From a bacterium (lineage in GTDB: Bacteria > SAR324 > NAC60-12), in assembly GCA_965209155.1 (NCBI GenBank), contig OZ242383.1, positions 384,001 to 448,000 of the forward strand: a DNA stretch of 64,000 nucleotides. Reading direction: 5' to 3'. Below are positions 9,483-19,162 of the stretch, piece by piece; within the stretch, counting starts at the first letter, position 1, and the number at the start of each line of letters is the position of its first letter. The notes below the pieces were generated by a model, which saw only the letters and a list, made by a program, of their open reading frames with translations, did not search any database and was not told where the DNA came from. The position numbers were made by a program, and so were the translations under genes.

Positions 9483-11164
9483 TTCGACGCGTAACCATCA
9501 GGAACTTCAAACGCTTTCGTGAGCATCCGTTCGAGCTGGCCGACTCTGTCGTCCTTGCTGGTCCGAACAACGCAGGAAAATCCACTTTACTCCAGGGAAT
9601 CATGACTTGGAAGCTGGGGCTCGACCGGTGGATCGCTCAACGTAAAGGAGACAAGAAGAGCAAGGCGGTCAGACGATCCGGAGTCGCTGTCACGCGCGCC
9701 GATTTCACACCCGTGCCTCTCCGTGAAATGAATCTCTTGTGGGAAGACCGGCGAGTCTCCGGAGAGAGACCGGGATTACCGAGATTGATCGAGATCATCG
9801 TCGAAGGAGAGTCATGGAGCTGTGGTCTCGAGTTTCAATACGCCAATCCCGAATTGGTCTACGTACGGCCACAGCAGGCAAAAACTCTCGATCGCGAAGC
9901 CATTCTCAATTTTCCACCACCAGCCGCTGAGAATCTCGATATTGTCCATGTTCCTCCGCTCTCCGGGATCGAACGGGATGAACCACGACATGACCATGGT
10001 ATGCAAGACCTGCTTGTCGGCCAGGGAAGGCCTGGCGAAATCCTGCGGAACCTTCTCTGGGAAATTGCGGAAAAACACCCGGAAGGCTGGGAGGAAGTGA
10101 AAAAATACATTCACGAACTCTTCCGGTTTGAATTGCTCCAACCATCCTATTCACCGGCACAGCCCTTTATTGTCTGCGAATACCGGGAACCAAACCATTC
10201 ACGGCCGCTGGACCTCGCCAACGTTGGGAGTGGAACGCTTCAAGTGCTTCTCCTGCTTGCGGTTCTGTACGCCCGTCCTGCCACAGTGATCCTTCTCGAT
10301 GAACCCGATTCCCACCAACACGTCATCTTGCAAAAACAGGTTTACGATCTGGTGCGTAAGGTCGCTCATGAACGTGGAGGGCAAATCATCGTCGCTACGC
10401 AATCCGAAGTCGTTCTCGATGCCACCGAACTGGCACGGGTGATCGGATTCTTTGGTCACTCTCCACACCCACTCTCCAGCAAGTTACAGCGCGATCAACT
10501 GCGAGAAGCACTCAAACGCGTTACCACCACCGATCTCTTACTTGCCAAGGAAGTTGGCGCTGTGCTTTACGTCGAAGGAGAGTCAGATGAAAAGATCCTG
10601 ACAGAGTGGTCTCGAATCCTCGATCATCCGGCTCGGCATTTCTTCCACAGGCCCGTCGTTCACTGGCTCGGAGGGCGCAGTCTCAACGAGGCGAAAGCGC
10701 ACTTCTTCGCCATGCAGGCAGTTTTTCAAGAGACGCGCGCCCTCTGCCTTCTCGATGGGGACAATCGAGACGAACCGGATGAGGAGACGACGCAGGCGGG
10801 TCTGGCAGTTTTACGCTGGCGTCGCTACGAGATCGAGAACTATCTCCTGCAACCGGAGGTCATCAAACGATTCGTAAATTTCCCTTTGATGGAGCAAGTA
10901 ATCGAAAACGTGTTTTGGAGGCAGGTACCACCCGGCACTGATCTCTTTGGAGATCACGTATCACTCGTACGAGTCAAAGCAAGTACCGAATTCCTGATTC
11001 CGCTGTTAGAGCATTCCATTTTGGATAATCTGGGCATGAGCACGCCAAAAAAGGATTTGTACCTTTTGGCCAGCGTAATGCATAAGGATGAGATTCACCC
11101 GGAGATCGTCGAGAAACTCGACCGCATTGCGGAGTCGCTCAACCCGTTAAACTCAAAGGAGTAA
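9479..11164 (+). CDS. ABC ATPase fused to TOPRIM (OLD/PARIS-like ATP-dependent nuclease)
   Basis: GPNNAGKS, VGSGT, LLDEPD; C-terminal YVEGESDE, LDGD, RYEIENYLL; H-loop reads ATQS. Confidence 0.82.
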   Translation: MIRRVTIRNFKRFREHPFELADSVVLAGPNNAGKSTLLQGIMTWKLGLDRWIAQRKGDKKSKAVRRSGVAVTRADFTPVPLREMNLLWEDRRVSGERPGLPRLIEIIVEGESWSCGLEFQYANPELVYVRPQQAKTLDREAILNFPPPAAENLDIVHVPPLSGIERDEPRHDHGMQDLLVGQGRPGEILRNLLWEIAEKHPEGWEEVKKYIHELFRFELLQPSYSPAQPFIVCEYREPNHSRPLDLANVGSGTLQVLLLLAVLYARPATVILLDEPDSHQHVILQKQVYDLVRKVAHERGGQIIVATQSEVVLDATELARVIGFFGHSPHPLSSKLQRDQLREALKRVTTTDLLLAKEVGAVLYVEGESDEKILTEWSRILDHPARHFFHRPVVHWLGGRSLNEAKAHFFAMQAVFQETRALCLLDGDNRDEPDEETTQAGLAVLRWRRYEIENYLLQPEVIKRFVNFPLMEQVIENVFWRQVPPGTDLFGDHVSLVRVKASTEFLIPLLEHSILDNLGMSTPKKDLYLLASVMHKDEIHPEIVEKLDRIAESLNPLNSKE

Positions 11165-11166
11165 AC

Positions 11167-11280
11167 ATGCAACCCTGGTAAAAAAACGTCACCCTGCGCA
11201 AGGAAGTTCGTGAAGGTCGCTCGTTCAGTCCGGCCTAGTTCGCGATCGCCCTGGAGCAGATCGTCTCCGGAGCGGGCTGA
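11167..11280 (+). pseudogene. N-terminal relic of DUF499 ATPase gene (copy 2) with in-frame stops
   Basis: Translates MQPW*KNVTLRKEVREGRSFSPA*FAIALEQIVSGAG*; same AGGAGTAAACATG start as 9347. Confidence 0.7.
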
Positions 11281-11356
11281 TCTCGGGTGACCTCATCCAC
11301 GGTACTTGGTGAAATCACTCCTGACGGTTCAAAGTGTTTTTGGTAGCGAGATGGTA

Positions 11357-11938
11357 TCAAAGCATGCGCAGCATTTTGACTCCACGGAGGTTGAATTCTT
11401 TGCGGAGTTTGTGGCGGGTGCGAAAGAGCAATACGGAAAAATTGGAAGCTGAAATATTCATCCGCTCGCATATTGTTTTGGTACTCTCCCCATCGATTTC
11501 TCGAAGAATGAAAAGCAAGCGCATCCGCTCCGGGAGCATGTCGATGCACTCCCACAAAATCTTACGCGCCTCTTCGTTTTCCAGCACCTGCTCCGGAGTG
11601 AAATTCCATTCCCGGGGTTTTTCCAGCCACATTCCGTCGGGCGTGAATTCCGGGGTTTCCAGGGTGGCTAATTCGGAATCGATGATCAGGTTTTCCTTTC
11701 GTCTTTGACGAAAATAGTCCATGATCTTGTGTTTCAGAATTCCCAACAACCAGGTCCTGATGGTGGATTTTCCCTGAAAAGAATCTTTGGCGGACACTGC
11801 GGCCAACAACGTATTTTGTACCACGTCGGCCGCTATGTTTTCATCGCCTACACGAACGAGGGCAAAACGAAAAAGCATGTCGCCATATTCGTTTGCCCAG
11901 TTTTCCACATCCTCTATGGTGTGTTTTTTCGTTTTCAT
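11357..11938 (-). CDS. ECF-family RNA polymerase sigma factor
   Basis: Region 2 (AADVVQNTLL, STIRTWLLGILKHK) and region 4 (LPERMR..FILREIDG). Confidence 0.9.
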   Translation of the reverse strand: MKTKKHTIEDVENWANEYGDMLFRFALVRVGDENIAADVVQNTLLAAVSAKDSFQGKSTIRTWLLGILKHKIMDYFRQRRKENLIIDSELATLETPEFTPDGMWLEKPREWNFTPEQVLENEEARKILWECIDMLPERMRLLFILREIDGESTKTICERMNISASNFSVLLFRTRHKLRKEFNLRGVKMLRML

Positions 11939-12136
11939 GGAATCGGTATCACTTTGATCCGGCCTTCATTCAGGCAACAGAGGAAGTCGGCCTGAATGAC
12001 TGGGTTTGCTCACTCGCATGGATTCAGGTATTTGCTAAAGCATCTGTTCACTAATATATAAATTTCTGAATTTATTCAAGCATTTTAAAAATCCACCTGT
12101 ATCTCGATTTTTTAAAAACCATCTCCTGCGTTCCGG

Positions 12137-13129
12137 TCAAAGACCTTGAATCAAATGGAATAATTTTTTCCACTCATCACGTTGCGACAGGCTGGATCGC
12201 AACATGTCCAACTGCCCGCATAATTCTTCGTAAGAACCTGTCTGGAGTTTGAGAACTATGTCATCTTTTTCAAAACAGGAATCGTATTGAATATTGGCAC
12301 GGGATGGTATTTGAAGTTGCCGCAGGCATTGCGCAAATTCTTGTCGAGATGCGGTCAACTCCGGGAAACGCCATGATTCCAATCGTTGTTTGAGCAACCG
12401 ATACCGTACGGGCAACTGTATTTGCCGATCATTGAAAGTATGAGCAAGTTCCGGGGATTCCATTATATGCTCCAGAGACCAACCTCGCATGCGACTCACT
12501 TCCCGAATCAATTGCAACAGGGTTTTCCATTTGTTTCCCCCCAATTCCAGATTTTTCAGGTGGTGGACGAGTGTGGGAATTTCCGTTTTGGAAAATTTCA
12601 GCAGATGCAGCAAATCCTGCGCACTGTAGTTGCCTATACAGGACGATTCATCCAAGTCCAGAATCTTTGCCAGGTTGAGCAAATCCCGTGTTATTTTTTG
12701 GGAAGGTTTCAATCCCAACTGTGGTAAAACCTGCTCCATAAGTTGCGATTCTTCCATTCCCTCTTCCGCCAGAGCCTTCAAAATACGGCAAATTTCCACA
12801 CCCTTGAATACGTGTTGCGCCACTTGGGTTTCCAAACGCCAAAGGGCGACCTCCCGCTTCGATACATTGGCTGCGATCAGGAGACATGGAAAAAGGGTTC
12901 TGGTTTGGTCTTCCAGGAGAGGAAGCGCGCGCATGCGTTTGAATCCATCCACCAGAACATATCGATTCACACCTATCTCCTGCGCGATCAAAGGCATGAG
13001 GAATCCGTTTTTTTCCAGGGACTGTTGAAGAAGGTGGTCCGTTTGTACGTTTTTCCAGTCGAAGGGAGAGTCATTCACCCGAATCCATTCCGGGGGAATC
13101 CGCTGAAAAGACCAATTCAAATCAATCAT
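12137..13129 (-). CDS. ParB/Sulfiredoxin N-terminal domain protein
   Basis: LQQSLEKNGFLMPL...YVLVDGFKR; overlaps the GT2 stop. Confidence 0.7.
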   Translation of the reverse strand: MIDLNWSFQRIPPEWIRVNDSPFDWKNVQTDHLLQQSLEKNGFLMPLIAQEIGVNRYVLVDGFKRMRALPLLEDQTRTLFPCLLIAANVSKREVALWRLETQVAQHVFKGVEICRILKALAEEGMEESQLMEQVLPQLGLKPSQKITRDLLNLAKILDLDESSCIGNYSAQDLLHLLKFSKTEIPTLVHHLKNLELGGNKWKTLLQLIREVSRMRGWSLEHIMESPELAHTFNDRQIQLPVRYRLLKQRLESWRFPELTASRQEFAQCLRQLQIPSRANIQYDSCFEKDDIVLKLQTGSYEELCGQLDMLRSSLSQRDEWKKLFHLIQGL

Positions 13130-13950
13130 AAAAATGCTTCAATTAGATGTTGGTAATACGCAGCTTCTTCCAGTTTGCCGCGTTTTTTAAATCCTTGTTT
13201 CAAAATCTCACATTTTTCAATCAATTTTTCCAATGCGGCTTCGCGATCCCGTGGAATCAAAGGCACCGTGCGGATGATCTTCTGCAGTGACTGAACCCGG
13301 TAGCGATCATTTCCCCAGCTTCGGGAAGACAATTGGTCACTATGTCCTCCATAACGTACCATCAGCTTTTCATCCAACAAATTTACCGGAAATCGGGCAG
13401 CCACCCTCAACCAGAGATCATAGTCTTCACAAACCGGTAAACTTTCATCGAACAAACCTGTTGTTTCAAAAACCTTCCGTCGAATCATGGTGCTGGAGGG
13501 TGCCATCAGGCACAGGGAAAGACTCGGTTGAAAAATCCACCCTTCCTGCTTTCGATGTTTTTTCCCGGGATTGATCCGCCGTCCGTGACGTATCCAGATT
13601 TCGTCCGTAAACAGGATTTGAGATTGAGGGTAACGCTGCAGGTAGCGCACCTGCTTTTCGAGTTTTTGGGGAAGCCATTGGTCGTCCGAATCGAGGAAAG
13701 CCACCCAGGGGCTGTCTGAATTTCGGATTCCGGTGTTGCGAGCAGCACTGACCCCCTGATTGCGAGGAAGTGTAATGGAACGTGAAGCCGGTCCATAATG
13801 GGAGAGTAATTCCGTTGTTTCATCCGTGGATGCGTCGTCCACTACGATCAACTCCCAATCCTTAAAAGTTTGTGACAGGACCGAATCAATTGCATACTCG
13901 AGCCACCCGGCACGATTGTAGGTCGGAATAATTACAGAAATGAACGGCAT
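13126..13950 (-). CDS. Glycosyltransferase family 2
   Basis: SVIIPTYNR, VVDDAS, FLDSDD, EDYDLWLR. Confidence 0.92.
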   Translation of the reverse strand: MPFISVIIPTYNRAGWLEYAIDSVLSQTFKDWELIVVDDASTDETTELLSHYGPASRSITLPRNQGVSAARNTGIRNSDSPWVAFLDSDDQWLPQKLEKQVRYLQRYPQSQILFTDEIWIRHGRRINPGKKHRKQEGWIFQPSLSLCLMAPSSTMIRRKVFETTGLFDESLPVCEDYDLWLRVAARFPVNLLDEKLMVRYGGHSDQLSSRSWGNDRYRVQSLQKIIRTVPLIPRDREAALEKLIEKCEILKQGFKKRGKLEEAAYYQHLIEAFL

Positions 13951-14065
13951 GACAACAATCGGAGTAGGACAAAGAGTTTGATTTCCGTTTCAACTTTGAA
14001 ATTGAAGCGCAATATAAAATGAGAAGCACCTGATTACGAATCTTGAATTCAGGCTGATTGAACTA

Positions 14066-14806
14066 TTATTTGATGGCCAGAATCCCTTCGAAGCATAGAT
14101 ATTTGAACACTATGGTGGTGTGAACAAATCCTGCCCTTTTGAGCAAATCCAAATTACCCTGGGTGGAAAAGGGTTCCATGATGCCTTTCAAGCTTCGAGC
14201 TTTGGCAATAATCTCGTCAGGGCTATAGTTTTGTTCTAATTTGTAATCCGTGTATAACGTCGTCATGATGTCTTGAAACCTGGCATCACTTGCTCTCACT
14301 TTCTCAAACCAGATAAAGGCTCCTCCACAATTCAAGGCGCTGTAAATTTTGTCGATCACTTGCTGCCTCCATTTTGGAGAAATAAATTGAATACAATAGT
14401 AAGACACCACCAAGTCCGTCGGCTCCAGGTCATACGAAACTATATCGGCGACTTTCAGAGAAACGTTTTCTTTTCCTTCGAGTTTTTCCTGGGATTTATG
14501 GATCATGTTTTTTTCGAGATCCAATCCCACCCATCGACATCCTGGTTTATTTTGATGATGCTTTACCAGTCGGATCAATAAATCTCCCACTGAGACGCCG
14601 ATCTCGCAGACAAGGGAATCCTGCCTGATAAAGAAGTCACTGAGCTTGCAAACAACGTCATGTCCGACGTCATAAAAGGGAATGGAGCGTCTCACGTGTT
14701 CACCGAAATTCTCGGCAGTGGCGCCTGCAAATGACCATGCTGAATTTGCTGCAAAGGCAGGATTCTCTTTGCTTTCTTTATTTACCCGGGGGCCATTTGA
14801 TTTCAT
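14066..14806 (-). CDS. SAM-dependent methyltransferase, CmoA-like
   Basis: WSF..HVRRSIPFY, EIGVSVG motif I, FKYLCFEGILAIK C-terminus. Confidence 0.8.
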   Translation of the reverse strand: MKSNGPRVNKESKENPAFAANSAWSFAGATAENFGEHVRRSIPFYDVGHDVVCKLSDFFIRQDSLVCEIGVSVGDLLIRLVKHHQNKPGCRWVGLDLEKNMIHKSQEKLEGKENVSLKVADIVSYDLEPTDLVVSYYCIQFISPKWRQQVIDKIYSALNCGGAFIWFEKVRASDARFQDIMTTLYTDYKLEQNYSPDEIIAKARSLKGIMEPFSTQGNLDLLKRAGFVHTTIVFKYLCFEGILAIK

Positions 14807-14838
14807 GTTTTCGGTTCCCTTCTTTGTCTGCTCGGGGA

Positions 14839-15292
14839 TTATCGTTCCAGGGAGAGAAAGGATCCTTTTTGATCGAGGAGATTTTCGACCATATCTTTAT
14901 CCACCCAGGGTATGTCTCCCGGCACAGTTGATTTCAGGGCTGCCATTGCGGCTCCCCAAGCGAGACAGTTTGATAAATCGTGAGTCGAATCTTGTGATAG
15001 CCAGGAATAAAGAAACCCTGCGGAAAAATCGTCCCCTCTTCCCAAACGCCCGATTTCTTCTGCCGGAAAAATTGGTTGCGAGAAGCGCGGCTTCCGTTGA
15101 AAAAACCGGGAACTCTTTTTTGATCTTTTCGACACAGGCAATGGCTTGCGGATTGGTCAATGTGAATTCAAGAACTCGAATTCCTGCCTTCAATAAGGCG
15201 CGAGTGAGCATTCCGGCTCCACCCAGATCGTCTAACCGTAGAATGGCGATTATTCGGCTTCGTTCAATCAATGCGAAAGGAGCATGGTTCAT
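14839..15292 (-). pseudogene. Deletion relic joining a KDPG/KHG aldolase (eda-like) N-terminus to a PfkB sugar kinase (kdgK-like) C-terminus
   Basis: IIAILR..GIRVLEFTLT in one frame (~15080-15292); RLGRGDDFSAGF..AALKSTVPGD in another (14839-~15085). Confidence 0.7.
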
Positions 15293-15709
15293 TTTATTAT
15301 CAGCATCAATGCAGGTTATGAATAAAAGATGATTCTTTTTTTATTTCTTTTCAAGATTATCCGGAACTTCAGAAATGATTCGCAACTGCCTGTCCATTCG
15401 CGTCCGGGAGTCGCGGATTGACCTACCGGACTTCCAAATCCGGAGCATCTTCATTGTTGATGCGAATCACAAAAGAGGGTTGTCTGCCCATACTCACTTT
15501 CGATTTCCCCAGAAATGAGCTTGGGGAAAGGTTGAAAAAATTTGGAAATATTGCAAGAGGTTCCGTCGGATCATAAACAAGCGATTTAAAAGAGAAAATA
15601 CAAAATTTCATAAAACCATCACTTGATTTCGACAAATATGGAAAACCAGATAAATTATGCTATAGTTCCGGCATATCCAAGAGGCAATCTATAGAGTCTC
15701 AACAAGTCT

Positions 15710-16987
15710 GTGGTTACTTTGGATAAAAATAAAATGGCTACCGAGCAACTCTTATTGTTTGATTTTGAAAAAATGGACAATTCCAGTGCCCTCTCTGCGC
15801 CTACTACAGACATCCCCCAATCGGTTCCTCCCCTGACAAAAGCGAAATGGACTTTGTCTCAACCGGTAGATTTCAGCAATTTGTTGGAGGATTTATCAAT
15901 TTTTATGAGTTGGGAAGACCCTGGTCCCACCATTGATTTTTTGCAGGAAAAGTACCCTCAGGAAAGCCGGTTGCTTGCTAATCTTCTGGAGCAGCAGGAA
16001 ACGGGTTCGCTGGAGGAGTTTTTAAAGGCATTTCTCGACCTCTATCCCGATTGGCCTCTTTGGGAAACCGCATGTTTGGTCACTGCGCTCGCCAAAGCAG
16101 AATACTTGGAATTGTATATTTTGGGAGCTCCTTTCCCTTGGGAAGAATGGACGAATTGGACAAATACAAAAAGTGCGGCGGGGGCTCATTTTACTTTAAA
16201 GGATGAAGGGACTATTCCTCACCTGGAAGAAGCCCTGAATTTGGGACAGGAATTGTTCCCTCAATGCAAAGCAGAGGGAGCCTTAGACCTTCATTTGTTT
16301 TTAGGGGAAGTGTTGTCCCAACTTCAAAAAGAGGGAAGGGATTTTTTAAAAAAGATAAACGCTTTTCCAAAGGTTGATTCGCAATTTGTCTCCAAACATC
16401 GCTGCATTTCCTCAGTTTTGAGCAACATAGGTCTGTCTCAACGGATAACTGCTTTTATAAGTCATGGAGAAGACCTTCGGCAGTTTCAAGTACTTCTGGA
16501 ACAGGGGCGTGATTTTATTGAAAACGGCTGGGAATGCTGGAGCAAAATACAAGCAATTCAGGAGGATTCTCCACAACAAGGGGTTCTATGGGGCGATGCA
16601 TCCACTTTCTCAAGGATCTCAAAACAAGTAGAATCTTTGGCAAACCGCGACACGCTTCCTTCCAGTACGATACTCCTCCAACTCCTGGAGGATTGGACTC
16701 AAGCCCATGCAAACCTTTTGGAAGAATTAAGCCATAATACTCTTGGGAAACTCCAAGAACTCTACTTGCAACTCAAGCAACAGTTGGAAGAGAAAAATGC
16801 GGAGGCCCGATTACGAAATCAGATCTTGAAAGTGATTCATGATGGCATGGTTTTATTAGAAAAGCCACACCATGCCCATTATCCAAAAAAGTTACTGGAA
16901 TGGGAAAAGTTTATTTTCAAGATAGAGGTTCATATTGAGGAAGCATCAGAGATTCTCGAAGAGCTCAACACATCGAAGAGGTCTTAA
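15710..16987 (+). CDS. Hypothetical helical protein
   Basis: 425-aa ORF with backbone-like composition and no recognised motif. Confidence 0.7.
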   Translation: MVTLDKNKMATEQLLLFDFEKMDNSSALSAPTTDIPQSVPPLTKAKWTLSQPVDFSNLLEDLSIFMSWEDPGPTIDFLQEKYPQESRLLANLLEQQETGSLEEFLKAFLDLYPDWPLWETACLVTALAKAEYLELYILGAPFPWEEWTNWTNTKSAAGAHFTLKDEGTIPHLEEALNLGQELFPQCKAEGALDLHLFLGEVLSQLQKEGRDFLKKINAFPKVDSQFVSKHRCISSVLSNIGLSQRITAFISHGEDLRQFQVLLEQGRDFIENGWECWSKIQAIQEDSPQQGVLWGDASTFSRISKQVESLANRDTLPSSTILLQLLEDWTQAHANLLEELSHNTLGKLQELYLQLKQQLEEKNAEARLRNQILKVIHDGMVLLEKPHHAHYPKKLLEWEKFIFKIEVHIEEASEILEELNTSKRS

Positions 16988-17141
16988 ATCCGATTTCGGA
17001 TCTTCCCAATGCGTTGCGAGACGATGGGTTTGTTCCGTCTTTCGAACAGGATCGAGCTCGTGGGCCGAATGCTTGTAAGATACTTGCACGCGGCCTTCGT
17101 CCTCCAGCCTCACTTGCCAGAGGAAGTTGCCTCTAAAAAGA

Positions 17142-17196
17142 GCGAAGTTGCCGCTGTATGGTGGCTATAGCGACTTCGCAAACTCTCGTTTTTTTT
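17142..17196 (+). terminator. Putative intrinsic terminator hairpin between convergent genes
   Basis: GCGAAGTTGC...GCGACTTCGC stem; T-run at 17189-17196 and A-run upstream. Confidence 0.4.
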
Positions 17197-17236
17197 GGCT
17201 GTTTCGCTGTTCATCTTCCCAAGACCACGAATAAAT

Positions 17237-17878
17237 CTAGTTGTGCACGCCACCACAAACGTTTATTGTCTGTCCCGTAATAAAGCTGGAGGCATCAGAA
17301 GCCAGAAATAACGCAGCACTGGCAATTTCCTCCGGCTCACCAATTCGCCCCAACGGCCTCCTGCTCTCAAGCATCTTCAAGTTATCAGGATTACTCAAAT
17401 ATGGTTGAGCCATCTTTGTTCTGGTATATCCCGGTGCAATCGAGTTTATCCGTATATTGTGTTTACCGAAATCCCAAGCCAGGCACTGGGTCAGCATGAT
17501 GGCACCTGCTTTCGCAACATTGTAGGAAGTCCCCAACCCACCAGACACTCGTTTTCCGTCACCCGAGGTTATATTGATAATGTTCCCCTTTCTCTGTTCG
17601 ATCATTCTCTTACCCACGGCCTGGCAACAAAAGTAAGTGCCTTTGAGATTAGTATCCATAATCAAGTCCCACTCGTCTTCATCCACTTCAATGATGGGCA
17701 CTGGTTTACCGAGTACTTTTGAACCGACTCCCCCATTGTTCACCAGAATATCAATACGACCGCATTCCTCCATTACCTTATGAACAAGGTGATCGATATC
17801 GAACTTTTTGGTGATGTCGGCCTTGATAGCCAGGGAATGTCTGCCTAGCGCTTTGACTTCATCGGCCACCCTTTCCAA
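17237..17878 (-). pseudogene. SDR oxidoreductase (FabG-like), 5'-truncated
   Basis: DILVNNGG, YNVAK, NSIAPG present; no TGxxxGxG Rossmann motif, and the frame closes at an upstream TGA (~17921-17923). Confidence 0.75.
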
Positions 17879-17974
17879 TTTTCTCTTGTTATAATCTGGC
17901 CAATATTTTAGCGTGCTCGATCATCTTATCTTGGGATTTCTTATCACTCCCACAAAGCAACAAAACTTCGGGGG

Positions 17975-18060
17975 CGCCCAGCCCTGTGCGGAGCAAACGG
18001 GTCGCGCAGGCTGCGGGGTGGTGTAGTGAGGTAGCGGAGAAAAACCACTACCTACCCGAT
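17975..18060 (+). mobile_element. Group IIC intron 3'-end relic (domain V/VI-like)
   Basis: Hairpin then GGTGGTGT, stem AGGTAGCGG/CCACTACCT and terminal CCTACCCGAT; no RT ORF. Confidence 0.55.
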
Positions 18061-18079
18061 TGAGCTTGATTTATATCAT

Positions 18080-18358
18080 TCAAGTCAGTTCTAAATGTAA
18101 TTTTTTGCCTAAAGCAAACGCCGCACGTTCAAGAGTTTGTAAGGTTACAGAGACATTTGAGGGATCAAGCAATCTATTCAATGCGGAGCGACTCGTTTTC
18201 ATTCTTCTAGCCATGTCGGTTTTCGTTATGTGCTCTTTTTCCATTAATTGTTGGATCTGAAACGCTAATACTCGCTTCACAGCAATTGCTTCTGTTTCTG
18301 CTAAAAGGTTTTCTTCTTCCAGAAATTCATCAAAATTGCTACCCACATATTTGTTCAT
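18080..18358 (-). CDS. XRE/HTH antitoxin (HigA-like)
   Basis: GSNFDEFLEEE..ITKTDMARRMKTSRSALNRLLDP..TLQTLERAA; overlaps the toxin stop. Confidence 0.88.
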   Translation of the reverse strand: MNKYVGSNFDEFLEEENLLAETEAIAVKRVLAFQIQQLMEKEHITKTDMARRMKTSRSALNRLLDPSNVSVTLQTLERAAFALGKKLHLELT

Positions 18359-18702
18359 GTTTCCTCTTTGATCTGTTTTAATCGTCTCCTGCTCACGTCT
18401 AATTCTTTTTTTGGAATTTTTTGCGTCTTTTTAACAAAGCCGTGTAAGAGAACCATCAGATCATCTTGAATTGTGAAAATGATACGAGCAATTCCAAATG
18501 AGATGTCAGATCTCACTTCCCATAGTTCTGTTTCTATCTTTCGAACGAGAGGCATGCCAGGTGGCCATCCAAATTGCACCGTTTTTATATCTTTTCCAAT
18601 TACCTTTTAGTCTCGACGGTCCAACGATCTGAGCCATTCTCTAACGGGTTCATTTCCTGCTTGACTCCTGTAAAACACAACTTCCAAACGTAAATTTTCC
18701 AT
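18355..18702 (-). pseudogene. RelE/HigB (Gp49-like) toxin with one premature stop
   Basis: MENLRLEVVFYRSQAGNEPVREWLRSLDRRD*KVIGKDIKTVQFGWPPGMPL...LLHGFVKKTQK; TAA at 18607-18609. Confidence 0.85.
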
Positions 18703-19162
18703 AAGATTATGAAATACCATCTTTGGTACGATTGAGTCAATGATATATCGTGAACTGTAAGTATTTGATGAAAATTGAAGAGCACAACGACAAGGATAAC
18801 CGGAGTCCAGTTATGGGCTCACCCTGAAGGGGCCGTTATACCCCTGAGCGTAGATGATCGCTAAGCGTTTCCGTGACCCGGGCGCGATGTGATCGTGCGT
18901 GGGCTCGGGCCACGCGGCGGGACGCGGGCAGGCTGCTGCGGCCGCGTCGTAGTCGATATTTGATCTGCATCGGTTCCTGGTAAGCGTCTGCAAAAATGGT
19001 TTTGTGGATAAAATTAAAAATCTATCAATCAGGGAGATCCGCTTCTTTATGATCATGAACCAAAAAGCGAAGGTTCACTCCACAATCCAGTGTTTTTTCC
19101 AATGGCGATAATGATCGTAAACGCTTGACGCCTCAACAAGAGTGGACGCATGCGGAAACGCG

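Noticed and set aside
18811..19056. 81-aa ORF
   Set aside because: Chimera of GC-rich and AT-rich fragments with no recognisable family.
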